Below, piece by piece: positions 1 to 11,998 of a stretch of DNA of 64,000 nucleotides. Source of the stretch: Scyliorhinus canicula (taxonomy: Eukaryota); the NCBI RefSeq assembly GCF_902713615.1, contig NC_052154.1, forward strand, positions 81,075,072 to 81,139,071, in the 5' to 3' direction. Position numbers and translations under genes: made by a program. Every line of letters starts with the position of its first letter. The first letter of the stretch is position 1. Under the pieces are notes generated by a model. That model saw only the letters and a list, made by a program, of their open reading frames with translations. It was not told the origin of the DNA and did no database searches.

Positions 1-2815
1 CTCCTCACAGGACACATTGCCACCCAGCTTAGTGTCATCTGTAAATTTGGAGATATTGCATGCAATTCCTTTGTCCAAATCATTAATGTTTATTATGAAC
101 AGCTGGGGTCCAAGTATTGAAACCTACGATACCCCACTAGTCACTGCCTGGCGCTCTGAAAGGGGCCCATTTATTCCCACTCTCTGCTTTCTGTCTGCCA
201 ACCGTGTCTCTATCCACGACAATACATTACCCCAATGTCATGAGCTTCAATTCTGCTCATTAAGCTCTTGTGTGGGACCTTGTCCAAAGTTTTCTGAAAG
301 TCCAGGTACACAACATCCACTGGTTCAGCCTTGTACACTCTGCTGGTCACATTCTCAAACAATTCCAGAAATTGTAGCAAGCATGGTTTCCCTTTAGTGA
401 ATCCATGCTGACTTGGAGTGATCGCCCCCGCTTTCCAAATGCTCAGTTATTTAATCCTTACTAATTGACTCCACCATTTCCCCCACATACCGATGTCAGC
501 CTAACTGGTCGATAATTCCCTGTGTTCTCTCTCCCTCGTTTTTTTAAGTGCGTGGTTACCCTTTAATCAATTGGAACACTTCCAGAGTCTATAGAATGCT
601 GGAAAATGATCAGCAATGCGTCCGCTGTATCTCGGGCCACGTCTTTAAGTAATCTGGATGTTGAGCATCAAGCCCTGGGGAAGTATCGGGTTTTAATCCC
701 ATCAATTTCAACAATACATTTTCCTGACTAATATGGATTTCCTCCAGTTCCGCCTTCAAGCTAGACCCTCTGTCTCCTAGTATTTTTGGAATGTTATTTG
801 TGTCTTCCTTGATGAAGACAAATCCAAAGTATTTTTCAACTGGTCTGCGATCTCTTTGTTGTCCATTATTAGTTCACCTGATTCTAACTTTAAGGGACCT
901 ACATTTGGCTTCACCAGTCATTTCCCCTTCACATATCTATAGAAGATTTTGAAGTCAGTTTTTATGTTTTATGCAAGTCTATTCTCGTATTCTGTTTTCC
1001 CCTTCTGAAATAACACTTTTTCCTCCTCTGCTGAATTTAAATTTCTCCCGGTCCTCAGGCTAGCTGCTTTTTCTGGACAATTTATATGCCTCCTCTTTTG
1101 CTTTGGCACTATCCCTGATTTCCCTTGTTATCCATGGTTGAGCCACTTTCCCCATTTTACTGGTGCGCCAGGGATGTACAATTTTTGAAGTTCTTCCATG
1201 TGTTCTTTAATTGTGTGCCATTGTTTATCCCCTGTCAACCCCTTAAGTATCCATTGCCAGCTTATCCTAGCCAACGCACGTCTCATACCATTAAATTTAG
1301 CTTTCTTTAATTTCAGGACCATTGTCTCAGACGTAACTGTGTCACTCTCCATCGTACTGAAGAATTCTACCATATTATGGTCACTCTTCCCCAAAGGATC
1401 TCGCACCACAACATTGCTAATTAATCCTCTCTCATTGCACAATGAGTTGTGCCCTCCAGTTGGCCCCTCGACAAATTGGACGAGAAAACCATCAATTATA
1501 CATTCCAGGAAACCATCCTCCATTCCATTGCTACCAGTTAGTTTTATTAGCCCAATCAATGTACATATTGAAGTCACCCACAATAACTGTTGTACCCTTA
1601 ATGCACACATCTCTAATTTTCTGTTGGATCCATCCCAAACCTCACAACTACTGTTTGGTGGTCTGTACACAACTCCTACGAAGGCGTTTTGCCCTTTGGT
1701 GTTCTACAACTCCTGCATTCAGATTCCACATCATCCAGGCTAAAGCTGTTCCTTACTATTACATTTATCTCATCTTTAATCTGCAACGCTACAAATCTCT
1801 CTTTCCTTTCCTTCTATCTTTCCTGTATATTGAATACCCGTGGATGTTGAGTTCTGATTATTAGTTACCCTGGAGCCAGGTTTTCATGATCCCAATTACA
1901 CCATATCCGTTAATGATTGCCAGCGTAGTTCATTCAACAACCCTATTACAAATACTCCTCGAATTGAGACAGAGAACGTTCAGGCTTTAAAAAAACCCCA
2001 AAACATTTATTGCCCTTGTAGAATTATGTTGTAATGTGACCCTTTTTGATTTTTCTCTTTGGCTTCTCTGCATTTCACTGTTCACTGCCTTTTGTTTCTG
2101 TCCCCACTTTCTTTCCCACCGACTTCCTGCATCAGTTCCCATCTCCCTGTCATATTGCTTTAAACCTTCCCCAATAGCACAAAGAAAGACTCCCCCTCAG
2201 AAATTGGTTCCAGTTCTGGTCCCACGTTCTGCAGAACTGGTTCCAATGTTGCAGGAATTTGAATCCCTCCCTCTTGCACCATCCTTCAAGCCATGCATTC
2301 ATCTTAGCTATCCTACCATTCTTACTCTGACTAGCCCGTGGCACTGGTAGCAATCCTGATATTACTATCTTGGAGGTCCTGCTTTTTATTTTAACTCTGA
2401 AGTCCACAAATTCAGCTTGTAGGACCTCATCTCGTTTTTTTTAACCTATATCGCTGGTGCCTGCATGCACCACAGCAGCTGGGTGTTCATCCGCCCCCTC
2501 CAGAATGCCCTGAAGCTGCTTCTAAATATCCTTGACCCTTGCACCAGGGATGCAACACACCACCCAGAGTCACGTTGCGACCACAGAAACGCCCAACTAT
2601 TCCCCTTACAGTTGAATCCCCTATCAATATAGTCCACGCTTTTTCCAGCCCTCTCATGCAGCAGAGCCTCCCACAGTGCCATGAGTGTGGCTGCTGCCGC
2701 CCTCCTCTGGTGAGCCACCTCCCCCAACAGTATCCAGAAGTGTTGTTTTGGAGAGTGATTACCGCAGGGGAGCTCTGCCAGGTCTTCCTGTTCTCCCTCT
2801 GTCATGTGGTCATCT
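1..2815 (-). mobile_element. Degenerate CR1-clade LINE (older family): RT, AP endonuclease and ORF1 esterase remnants
   Basis: The reverse strand gives (S)KFTDDTKL and KVPH near 1-350, the endonuclease segment YRPPNS...DPLGKSDHNMVEF (ORF 1128-1670), and ORF1 SGNH-esterase fragments ISGLLPVPRAS...NAWLEGWC (2150-2805). Many stops and frameshifts. Confidence 0.85.
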
Positions 2816-2824
2816 ATTCCCTAT

Positions 2825-3968
2825 CTCACATAGCAGATTAATGTGTAAGGTTAATATGTGGGGGATTAATGGTAGTGTCTTGAGATGGTCTTCCTGGTTA
2901 GCAGACAAGAAGCAAAAAATTGGAATAAATAGTTTTTTTCTGATTGCCAGGCAATGATTAGTGACTAGGGATTTGTGCTAGGACCCGAACTGTTCATATT
3001 ATTTATTAATGATTTAGACGACGGGAATAAATGTCTTCTCTCCAAATTTGCAGATGATACAAATTTGGGTGGGCGGGTGAGCTGTCAGGAGGATGCAAAG
3101 ATGGTTCAGTGGCATTTGGACAGGCTGATCGAAGAGACACATGCATGGAAGCTGTAATATAAAGTGGATAAATTTGAGGTTACCCACTTTGGGAGCAAAA
3201 ATAGAAAGGCAGATAATTATTTGAAAGGGTGTTAATTGAGAGAGGTGGGTACTCAATGAGACTTTGGTCTCCTTGTGTATCAGTCACTGAAAGGATGTTC
3301 GCAGGTACATCAGGCAGTAATGAAGGCAAATTGTATTTTGGCCTTCATAGAGAGAGGAGTTAAGTATAGGAATAGAGATGTTTTACTGCAATTGTATGGG
3401 GCATTAGTGAGGACACACCTGGAGTATTGTGTGCAGTTTTGGTGTCCTTATCTGAGGATGGAATTTCTTGCTGTGGAGAGTGTGCTGTGAAGATTTACCA
3501 GGCTTATTCCTGGGATGACGGGACTGTTATATGAGGAGAGATTAAGTCAGTAAGGATTATATTCAATGGTGTTTAGAAGAGTGAGAGGGGATCTCATAGA
3601 AACCTACAAAATTCTAACAGGATTAGACATGGTAGATTGAGAAATAATGTTCCCGATGGTGGGTTATCCAGAACTAGTGGTCATAGTTTGAGGATGAGGG
3701 GTCAACCTTTTAGAACTAAGGTGAGGAGAAATGTCTTCACCCAGAGAGTGGTGAAACTGTGGAATGCGCTACCACAGAAAGTAGTTGAGGTTAAAACACT
3801 CTGTAATTTCAAGAAGGAATTAGATGTAGCTTTGGGGGCTAAAGGGATCAAGGGATATGGGGGAGGTGGTTTCAGGGAATTCAACTTGATGTTCAGCCAT
3901 GATCTTAATGAATGTCAGAGCAGGCGCAAAGAGTTAAATGCGCTCCTCCTGCTTCCATTTTCTATGTT
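2825..3968 (+). mobile_element. 5'-truncated CR1 LINE 3' portion (RT C-terminus and tail)
   Basis: SKFADDTNLGG, RTHLEYCVQFW and RTSGHSLRMRG motifs, ending in a TTCTATG-type tail. Confidence 0.85.
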
Positions 3969-3971
3969 TCT

Positions 3972-4905
3972 ATTGTTCCGTCAATATGGGGACCAAAGGA
4001 GTTCACAGTATTCCAGGTGTGGACTAAATAGTGCCTTGTATACTTTTAACAGGACTTCCCCATTTAGGAGGAGGGAAAAGACAGGGAACAATAGAGGACA
4101 ACCAGGGAGGCGGGGGTGGGGGGGGGGGGGGGGCGGGAGACAGGAAAACGTTAACCAACCTGACATCCACAGGAACAGAGAAAAAGGAGAACACAGGCGG
4201 AGGACGGGAGGGCCGGATGAAGTGGCAGCATGACGAGAAGACAACGGCGGTGAAATCCGACTGGGAGAAGCGACGGGCAACACAAGTACAAGACCCACTT
4301 GAGGATTACCCTCCAGACGTGCCTCGCTGGCATGAACGGCTGCCTACTTACGTATATATAGATATATCATATCCTGTGTAAATAATGGCAAAATATACTC
4401 TGCAAAAATCCAGTAAAAAACTTAATATATATATACGCAATTCCCTTTGAAATAAGGCCAACTTTCCATTGGCCTTCCCAATTTCCTGCTGAACTCACAT
4501 ACTAGATTTTCGTGATTTAAGCACGAGGACCGCCAAATATCTCTGTGCTGTAGTTATCATAGAATCATTGAATCGTAGAATTTACAGTGCAGAAGGAGGC
4601 CATTCGGCCCATAGAATCTGCAGTAGCTCTTGGAAAGAGCAGCATACCGAAGCCCACACCCACATCCTATCCCTGTAACCCCATATCCCCACCTGCAGTC
4701 TTTCTCCATTTAAATAATATTCAACTCCTTTATTCTTCCTACCACGGTGCATAACTTCACATTTTCTGACATTGTATTCCATCTGCCAAATCTTTGGCCA
4801 CTGGCCTATAGTTAGTTGTTTTTTTGTTTCCCTCCCTTTTTAAATAAAGATGCTACATTGGCAGTTTTCCAAACTTCTGGGACATTTTCAGCATTTAAGA
4901 ATCCC
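3972..4905 (-). mobile_element. Mosaic of CR1 RT fragments interrupted by an L1 3'UTR piece and a CR1/SINE tail (4556-4700)
   Basis: PHLEYCELLWSPY on the minus strand (ORF 3981-4298) and MEYNVRKCEVMH (ORF 4582-4782). Confidence 0.6.
4051..4435 (+). mobile_element. L1 3'UTR fragment of the same family as 12984-15159
   Basis: 4150-4310 aligns by eye to the reverse complement of about 13270-13445 (acaggaacagagaa..aggagaa.acaggc...). Confidence 0.7.
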
Positions 4906-7389
4906 TAGAATCTCTGGTTCAGTGCTATGTGCTCAAGTGCATACCTGGATCTGCACCACGCGCGTTTACAAACGGAAATACCAATCTAGTTAAATTGTGA
5001 AGGTGTACATGCGAAACAGTGGGAACAACAAGTTACAGACAGGGTTATGCAATCTCAGAGGCACCCAATTGGAGACAATGCTCGTGCCTGCCACATCCTC
5101 GAGTGAAGGTGCTGGACAATCGACAAGTAATTGGAAGAGAATGCTGCATGGATATTCCCATCCTCGTTCTTCAAACTCTTCATAATCTTCACTGCATGAA
5201 TGGCCGAGAAACAGGGCCTTCTTTTAATTTGAATCACTTCCCGTGACCTAGAAAATAGTTGAATGCACTGTAAAGTACAACATAAGTTCATTTTCCCCAG
5301 CGTCTCATTCAGGTCGTACCCCAATGATGGCGAATCCCTTTAGGAAGTTCCGTTAGAGAACCTTCTACCTTCTTCTGGGCAATTGTGCTGAGGGGCAAAA
5401 AGCGATTTAAAGCTTCAACTTTGGGTTCTGACAGTTTTAGCCTAATAATTACTCGGGAAGACGTAGAGAAAAAAATGATAATTGGCCCATAAGTTCCAGC
5501 TAGGGGCGGAAAGCCACGGGCCTCTGATATTTCTTTTTACTTACCTCGTTGAAAAATCGCGATGGGGCGGAACAGAATGCGTAGGCCACAGTGCTGCAGG
5601 AGGAGTGCACCCTTTTGACGGTGCCAGATTCGGAACGCCCATTCAGGGAGTGCTGTAAAACAGTAGTTTTAAAGTGAAGCCAGGGAAAAGGATTTCCTGT
5701 TTTTATTCGGGAACTTGAATATTATTTTATCGTTCGTTTGGTATGTAAATTAAAAAGTTAATGCTTTGTTACTGGTTCCGTTAAATTGTAATTTTTAGTT
5801 TGATTATTCATGATTAATGTGTAATATTTATAAATGAACATACGTTTTGTTATTTGTTTCAAATCTATGAAACTACTCTGTAAATCGGCCATATTTTATT
5901 CTCTAACTTTAACTGTGGCATGCTTAAAAGTTTTTGCATGTTTTAATTTAAAATTTGGCAACTCCAAATGTTATCGTGAAGTGAAGGCAGAATGGCATGG
6001 GTAATGAGTTGAATACAGTATGTGTATTAACTAATTGTGAAAACAAAAATCCTACTCTCTGACTATAAACTTTAAGAAATGGCATAATAGTGGCTCTGCC
6101 TGCGCAGTATTTGATGCGTCAGATGCAATCTAGACAGCACCCTTTTTTTAAAACTCTTTAAAAAATCTCTTTTAAACTCTTTTTTAAAAGAGTTTATCAA
6201 TTTCGAGACAGTTACATTTATTTTGTCTGTGGAAGTGAGAGGTGAATGATGTACGAAAGCTTTGAATTATTTTAAATCATGTTTTCTTTTTCTTTAAAAA
6301 ATATAGCAAGTCCGTTGAATTGGGGACTTGAGAAGCCTCTGGATAGGTTAGGAGAGGATACTGCCGGTGGCACGAGCCAGAATATGGACCGATAAATATT
6401 ACCAATATTTGTTTAAAGTCTGCTAATTTTCTGAGGTGTCATAAAATGCTGTCACCTTTTTAAATTGTTCTGTGCTGCTGGCCACTGACTTGATGCAAAA
6501 TGTGTTTATAAACATCTGATTTTTTGATGGTGTTTGTCATTAGTATTTTTCTGTCCTGTTTACATGAAATATGCCACTCAATTATAATCTAATATTTCAA
6601 TGTGTCTTGATGTTTGATTAAAAAACTTGCAGCACTTTATATAGTTTAATCGGAAACAGTAATTAGCAAATCTACTGTTATAAATAAAAAACTTTGATAC
6701 AATGTTAACCTATCAGCTGCAGTATGACATTCTGTTTAACAACTGCCCAAAATGTTTCCAAATTTCTTGCAATAAAACATTTTTTTCACTTTGACAAAAT
6801 AATCAATAAATATATATATTTACTTAACACAACGCTTCCTTTTTTGCTTAATAAGGAAGGGACGGAAGGGCAGGAGGGGGGTGGAGGATGAAGGGTTCAA
6901 TGTCCAAAAGCATCTGCTGTCAAATGACCTGGAACACGACAAATCAAAGTTTAAAAATAGCTTGCTCCTGCTGGTGGTTGCAGATGCCTGGAGGCTGCTG
7001 TTTCAGTTTCCTTCCTTCTCTATAGCTAGAAAGAATGACAATTATTTCTAAGATACCTGGGCCATGGAACACGGGACTCAGGGGACCTATGAGTCCAGAA
7101 GCAACAGGACGTGTGGGACCTGGTGCGCAATAGTGTTCCACATTGGCCATCTGCTAACTCCGTGGAAAAAATGTTTAAAAACATATTTCTTTCTTTCACT
7201 TCATATGCATTTTAAACACCTTTATAAACACTGTTATAAAACGTTAACACACCATAAATATGTTCTCCGATACCTTCTGTCTCTCCATGATGACTGTAAA
7301 TGGGAAAATCAGACATTTTGTAACATTACTGTTATGTTTGACTTGTAGGTGATATTCTGAACATATATTTGCAAAGTCAACAAATCTGC

Positions 7390-7895
7390 TAACTTCCATT
7401 GCAAACTCCTCGCTAATCTTATCTCTTCTGTCCCTGCAATCCTCACCCATTTCCTTGTTACATCCAGGCTTGACTACTCCTATGTAATCCGTCCCCTCTG
7501 CAACCCGAATGTTATCGAACAATTTGCTGCAAATTCTCAGATTCTCATCAAAATCTCTTATCGATCACCTCTGTGTTCGCTGATCTACCTCTGTTCCCAA
7601 TCAAGCAATCACATTTAACATGCTTATTTTAGCTGCCCCCTCCTTACCTCCGTGATCTTCTCCAGCCATATGGCTGTCGGAGGCCCCAATTTCGATTACT
7701 CCGAAATTGGCATCCGGCCCCCTGCTTGCAAAGCACCCAGCTCTCTAGTTCCCTGCGTAAACCTTTCCGCCTCTCCACTTCATTTGATGAAATTTAATCA
7801 CCCATGATATCTTCTTATGCGATTCTATAATGGTTCAATGCCTTTGTACATGTTATTGCTTCAAACGCGCCATACAAATCAAGCTGTTGTTGTAA
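7390..7895 (+). mobile_element. Degenerate L2 LINE 3' end
   Basis: VTSRLDYS-like segment (gttacatccaggcttgactactcc), an ITSVFADL-like segment, and a tail 'gcgccatacaaatcaagctgttgttgt'. Confidence 0.6.
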
Positions 7896-7984
7896 ATGAT
7901 CCAAATGAAAGTCAGGTTTTAACCATTACTGTTTTTGTTGGTCGGGCAACAGCTACCGAAGAGAACAAATGACAACTACTTCTG

Positions 7985-8110
7985 AGCCAATGGGTACAGG
8001 ATGTCAAACGTCATTGCGGCAGGCTGATATGAAATGCCCAGCAGATAATTCACACAGACAAACACGCGGTCCGTGCAGCCAGTTATCAGTTATTGAGCCT
8101 TTATCTTGCA
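7985..8110 (+). promoter_or_regulatory. Possible proximal promoter of the V-C1 receptor gene
   Basis: Directly upstream of the leader ATG: CCAAT (7987), CAGGATG ETS-like (7997), ACGTCA CRE half-site (8008), AGATAA GATA (8043). Short motifs only. Confidence 0.2.
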
Positions 8111-8171
8111 ATGTCGTCGAATTCGATCTTTCTCTTCATGTTGCTGACTCTCCCGATGATCATTTCAACAG
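8111..8171 (+). CDS. IgSF V-C1-TM receptor, exon 1: signal peptide MSSNSIFLFMLLTLPMIIST(G)
   Basis: ATG at 8111, hydrophobic core, phase-1 donor G|GTATCG at 8172 that matches the phase of the V exon. Confidence 0.75.
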
Positions 8172-8368
8172 GTATCGGAATATCCTCTATCCCAGAGGTC
8201 ATATTTAATAAAACGTTTTTCACCGTTCGCCCATCAGTTTTATTAGATGTAATCCGTCCGTCTGTTATCGTTTTTCTCCTTTGTGTTTCCCTGCAAATAT
8301 GTGAAAAGTCTCTGGTTTCTTTTTCAATAAAATTAATTAACACAAACCTCAAATATATTTGATAGCAG

Positions 8369-8689
8369 GTGCTCCAGCAACTTCGATCAGCGTGTCTCAA
8401 AGTCCCAAACAGGTATCTATATCAAGGGGGACAAACATCACCTTCTACTGCATAATACCACTTTCTCATGACAATGTCGGGGTCGAAGTGCGTTGGTGGA
8501 AACAAGGTGAGAATAAATATCTCGCAAATGGAGTCGATGGAAGAAAACGATTTGATCTCAAAAGCAAAGGAGGTGGTGTATTTGAGCTGCGAAACGCGAC
8601 TCTCCAGGACTCAGGAACCTATCACTGCGGAGTGATCCGTGACGGAAAATATAGTGGAAATGGGACAGGATCCAGTTTAACTGTTTGGG
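8369..8689 (+). CDS. IgSF V-C1-TM receptor, exon 2: V-set domain with germline-joined J-like strand (NKp30/antigen-receptor-like)
   Basis: CAG acceptor at 8366-8368 and GTAAGT donor at 8690. Translation SVSQSP...FYC...VRWW...LQDSGTYHC...GNGTGSSLTV has the canonical Cys/Trp/DxGxYxC residues. Confidence 0.93.
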
Positions 8690-9161
8690 GTAAGTGAGCG
8701 GAATGGCGGGGAACATCAGATTTGTCATTGTTCTTTTGTACCGCCTTTGATGTTATAAAATATGGTGCACAATGTATAGTTATGCAGCAGAACATGATAT
8801 TTCATTCGGTGTGTTATTCCAAACTGCTGGAAGTACCCAGCAATTCAGGGAATATCTGTGGAGAGGGAGACAATGTTAAACCTCAGGTCTATAACTTTTT
8901 CAAGTGGAATGTTACCGGATTCATTCATAATACAATTTTTACACCAGGTTTAGCCTGAGGGTGGTCCACCGCACTCTAGATACCCCAACCAGAGGAACCA
9001 ACCTCGCCTTGTCTACCCTGGCAACCACTTTAAGAATCTTGTATATTCTAAAGAAAACACCTCTGATTCTTCTTAAACCCGCACTCTGCCTGTGCGAGCC
9101 TCCAGAAATTACGAGAACTTCACTGTTCTTATCAGTGTCGACAGGTTGTTTGTTTCTCTCT

Positions 9162-9348
9162 GGGGGACACGGCTGGCGGACCTTTTGTTACTGGGCTAAA
9201 TAGCTGACTTGGAATGCAGAACAAGACAGCAGGGCGGGTTCAATTCGCCTACCGGCCTCCCCGAACAGGCGCCGGAACGTGGCGACTACGGGATTTTCAC
9301 GGTAACTTCATTGAAGCCAACTTGTGACAATAAGCGATTATTATTATT
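9162..9348 (+). mobile_element. Short tRNA-derived SINE in the V-C1 intron
   Basis: B-box-like GGGTTCAATTC, tail 'ttttcac.gtaacttcattgaagcc.acttgtgacaataagcga(tta)n'; homologous to 15880, 22867 and 38061. Confidence 0.75.
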
Positions 9349-9443
9349 AACATAATGGGAAGAGAATGCGATACCATTTTCCTCTCAATCCTGATGGATA
9401 ACGTCTCTCCACTGACCTGATTTTCCTCATTTTCTGTTCGCAG

Positions 9444-9755
9444 TTGCACCAACTCCGTTAAAGATTCTCCTGAAGCCTCTCGCAAGTAAGCCATCTACGT
9501 CTCTGACTCTTGTGTGTCAAACGGCTGCGTTTTACCCGGATGATTTGACCCTCTTTTGGTATAAAGATGGCACCAATATCACAGCTGAGATGAACCCAAT
9601 TAAACAGCGGAACTCTGAAGGACTCTACGAAGTTTCCAGTTCTTTGGAGGAGCCGCAGCCTGTGCGGGACGACGCTGTTTACATCTGTTTGGTAACTCAC
9701 ATCTCCCTCCCGACTCCCGCCATTGCCATCCACACTGTTACCAACTCCTGCCCAG
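9444..9755 (+). CDS. IgSF V-C1-TM receptor, exon 3: C1-set domain
   Basis: Polypyrimidine tract plus CAG acceptor at 9441-9443 and GTATGA donor at 9756. LVCQTAAFYPDDLTLFWYKDG...YEVSSSL...YICLVTHISL is the classic C1-set signature. Confidence 0.93.
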
Positions 9756-10149
9756 GTATGAGGCCAGCAGGTCAAGAAGCAATCTGCAAATTCTGAAAGG
9801 ACCATTTATTGGAACTTATTGACATTAATAATAATAGATATAATTATAAAATACACTCCGGAAAATATAATATCTAAGGGAATCTTAACGGTTCCATGAA
9901 AACATTTGTTTAAATTGTTTTTTAAAAAGGGAATGAGCAGGCGGATTTTCTCATCCATTCAATCATTTTACATGTTGTACATATAACTAAATTTTGGGCC
10001 ACTTCTTAAACTGATATTATTGATCCCCAGTTTTACTATTCCTCACACGAGTTTACAGAACATGAAGTGTCGATTTGCATCAGCGGCCTCACTGCGAACG
10101 GGTCAGAAGTCTGCTTTGTGGATAGTCCCTAATCTGACCACTTTCTGCA

Positions 10150-10235
10150 GAACGGTCGTTTGGACCCGCAGCATTAACTCTGTTTCTCTCTGCCAGACTT
10201 TCTGAATTTATCCAGCATTTTCTGTTTTTATTTCT
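10150..10235 (+). mobile_element. Possible Penelope-like element terminal fragment
   Basis: 'ttggacccgcagcattaactctgtttctctct...ccagcattttctgtttttatttc' resembles, from memory, fish/shark Penelope ends. Confidence 0.35.
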
Positions 10236-10977
10236 CTCCATTCTTCAGCAGTTTGGAGCTGGGAAGCATTTCATATATTTCATTTCGGATTTGCTACCAT
10301 TAAAAGCGGTAGAACATGTCTGATTACCGTCTAATTAACAGCCAACCGAAATTAAATTTTAGGAAGATTTGTAAGCATTGCTTTTGAAGGGGATTTCCTT
10401 CCCTTTTTGGCGGGGTCTTCAGTTAATAAGCTGCCAATAATTGATTAAAATTAAAAGAATAATTTGTTAAAATTAAATGAAAAACTATTCCGCTCAACCA
10501 TGTCTGATTTGGCCCGATTAATCACCAAAACGTGGAAGAGCGGAAGAAAATTTAAGTGCAAGGAAAGGCCTTTTTGACAATCGGAATGTTAACCCACGCC
10601 AATATTTAGGACATCCGAAACTGGTACTCTTCCTCGGAGATTATTCTGACATTGTGCTATCCTTTCTGAAAACATATTACTTTTACGTGCAAATTATGAT
10701 TGTAAATGTCATTATCCCTGGACTTCTGTAGATGAGTGTTTAATAAGAAGTACAATGCGAAACATAAATGTGTGAAATTTGATCCGGCTGCTTTTATTTG
10801 TTGACATAGAATCTGGAAAAATGAATTAATATTACCTTTAAATTATGCTTTCCCCAGACTGCCCTGCATAGTCGCTGCATAGATGAGCACTGGTTTACCT
10901 AATTCATTATCGCGAGAGCCAGGATAGGTAATGGCCGAAACAAATTAACACTGAGCACCCACCATTTGCAATTGCAG

Positions 10978-11088
10978 ATTCTGCTGGTAAATATCGTTAC
11001 CTCTGGGCTATTAGATGTACCGTGGGTGGATTGGTGTTTCTGGTGCTTATAATCATCATTGGAGCGGAATTCTGTTTGAAGAATAAGG
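10978..11088 (+). CDS. IgSF V-C1-TM receptor, exon 4: transmembrane segment with Arg
   Basis: TTGCAG acceptor and G|GTAAGC donor, phase 1-1. Translation (D)SAGKYRYLWAIRCTVGGLVFLVLIIIIGAEFCLKNK(G). Confidence 0.85.
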
Positions 11089-11164
11089 GTAAGCATTGGT
11101 TTGATTGTTTGATTTTGAGATAAATCTTCAAAATGAAGATAAGGGCGTCCTCATAGCTTCACAA

Positions 11165-11620
11165 GGTCGTTAGAATGCAGAAGGATGATGCTATTCGGCC
11201 CATGGATTCTGCACTGGGTCCCTGAAAGTACATTCTACCTAATCCCACACTCTTCCGTTAGCCCCGTCACATTGCACGTCATTTCATTTCAGAAAACAAT
11301 CTAATTCCCTTTTGAATACCCCGATTGAACCTGCCTCAATCAACCTTTAAGGATGTTCGTTCCAGACATCAAAAATAATCCTCAGGTCACTTCTACTACT
11401 TTTCCCCATTATTTTGCATCTGTGCCCTCTTGTTCTTGTTATACACCTCGAGGAAAACATTTATCTCTATTTACCATGCTATTTACCACCCTCAGGACTT
11501 TGAATGACTTTCCGAACATACCTCTCAGCCTCCTTTTTCCAACGCAAACAGACCCAATCTCTTTAATCTATATTCAAAGCTCCAACTGTGTATCTCTGGA
11601 ATTATTCTTGAGAATGGCCC
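11165..11620 (-). mobile_element. Degenerate CR1 3' fragment
   Basis: RLKRLGLFALEK on the minus strand, with a tail similar to other CR1 ends. Confidence 0.55.
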
Positions 11621-11634
11621 GAGCAGATTGACAC

Positions 11635-11998
11635 TTAAAGGGTACTGCGAGGCCCGGATAGAGTGGACGTGGAGAGGATGTTTCCTCTTGCACGAAAAAC
11701 TGGAACCAGAGGACTCCATCTCAGACTAAAGGGGCGATCCTTTAGAACAGAGATGAGGAGGGATTTCTTCAGCCAGAGGGTGGTGAATCTGTGGAACTCT
11801 TTGTCACAGAAGGTGGTGGAGGTTAAATCACTGAGTGTCTTTAAGACAGAGATAGATATGTTCTTGATTAATAAGGGGATGAGGGGTTATGAAGAGAAGA
11901 CAGGAGAATCGAGATGGGAAAATATCAGCCATGACTGAATGGCGGAGCAGACGCGATGAGCTGAGTGGCCTAATTCTGCTCCTATGTCTTATGGTCTA
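11635..11998 (+). mobile_element. CR1 3' end
   Basis: DVERMFPL...TRGLHLRLKGRSFRTEMRRDFFSQRVVNLWNSL, with tail 'cctatgtcttatggtct'. Confidence 0.85.

Noticed and set aside
8623-8629. CACTGCG, a heptamer-like sequence at the YHC codons of the V exon
   Set aside because: It is one mismatch from CACTGTG, but this is expected from Tyr-x-Cys codons. No spaced nonamer was seen.
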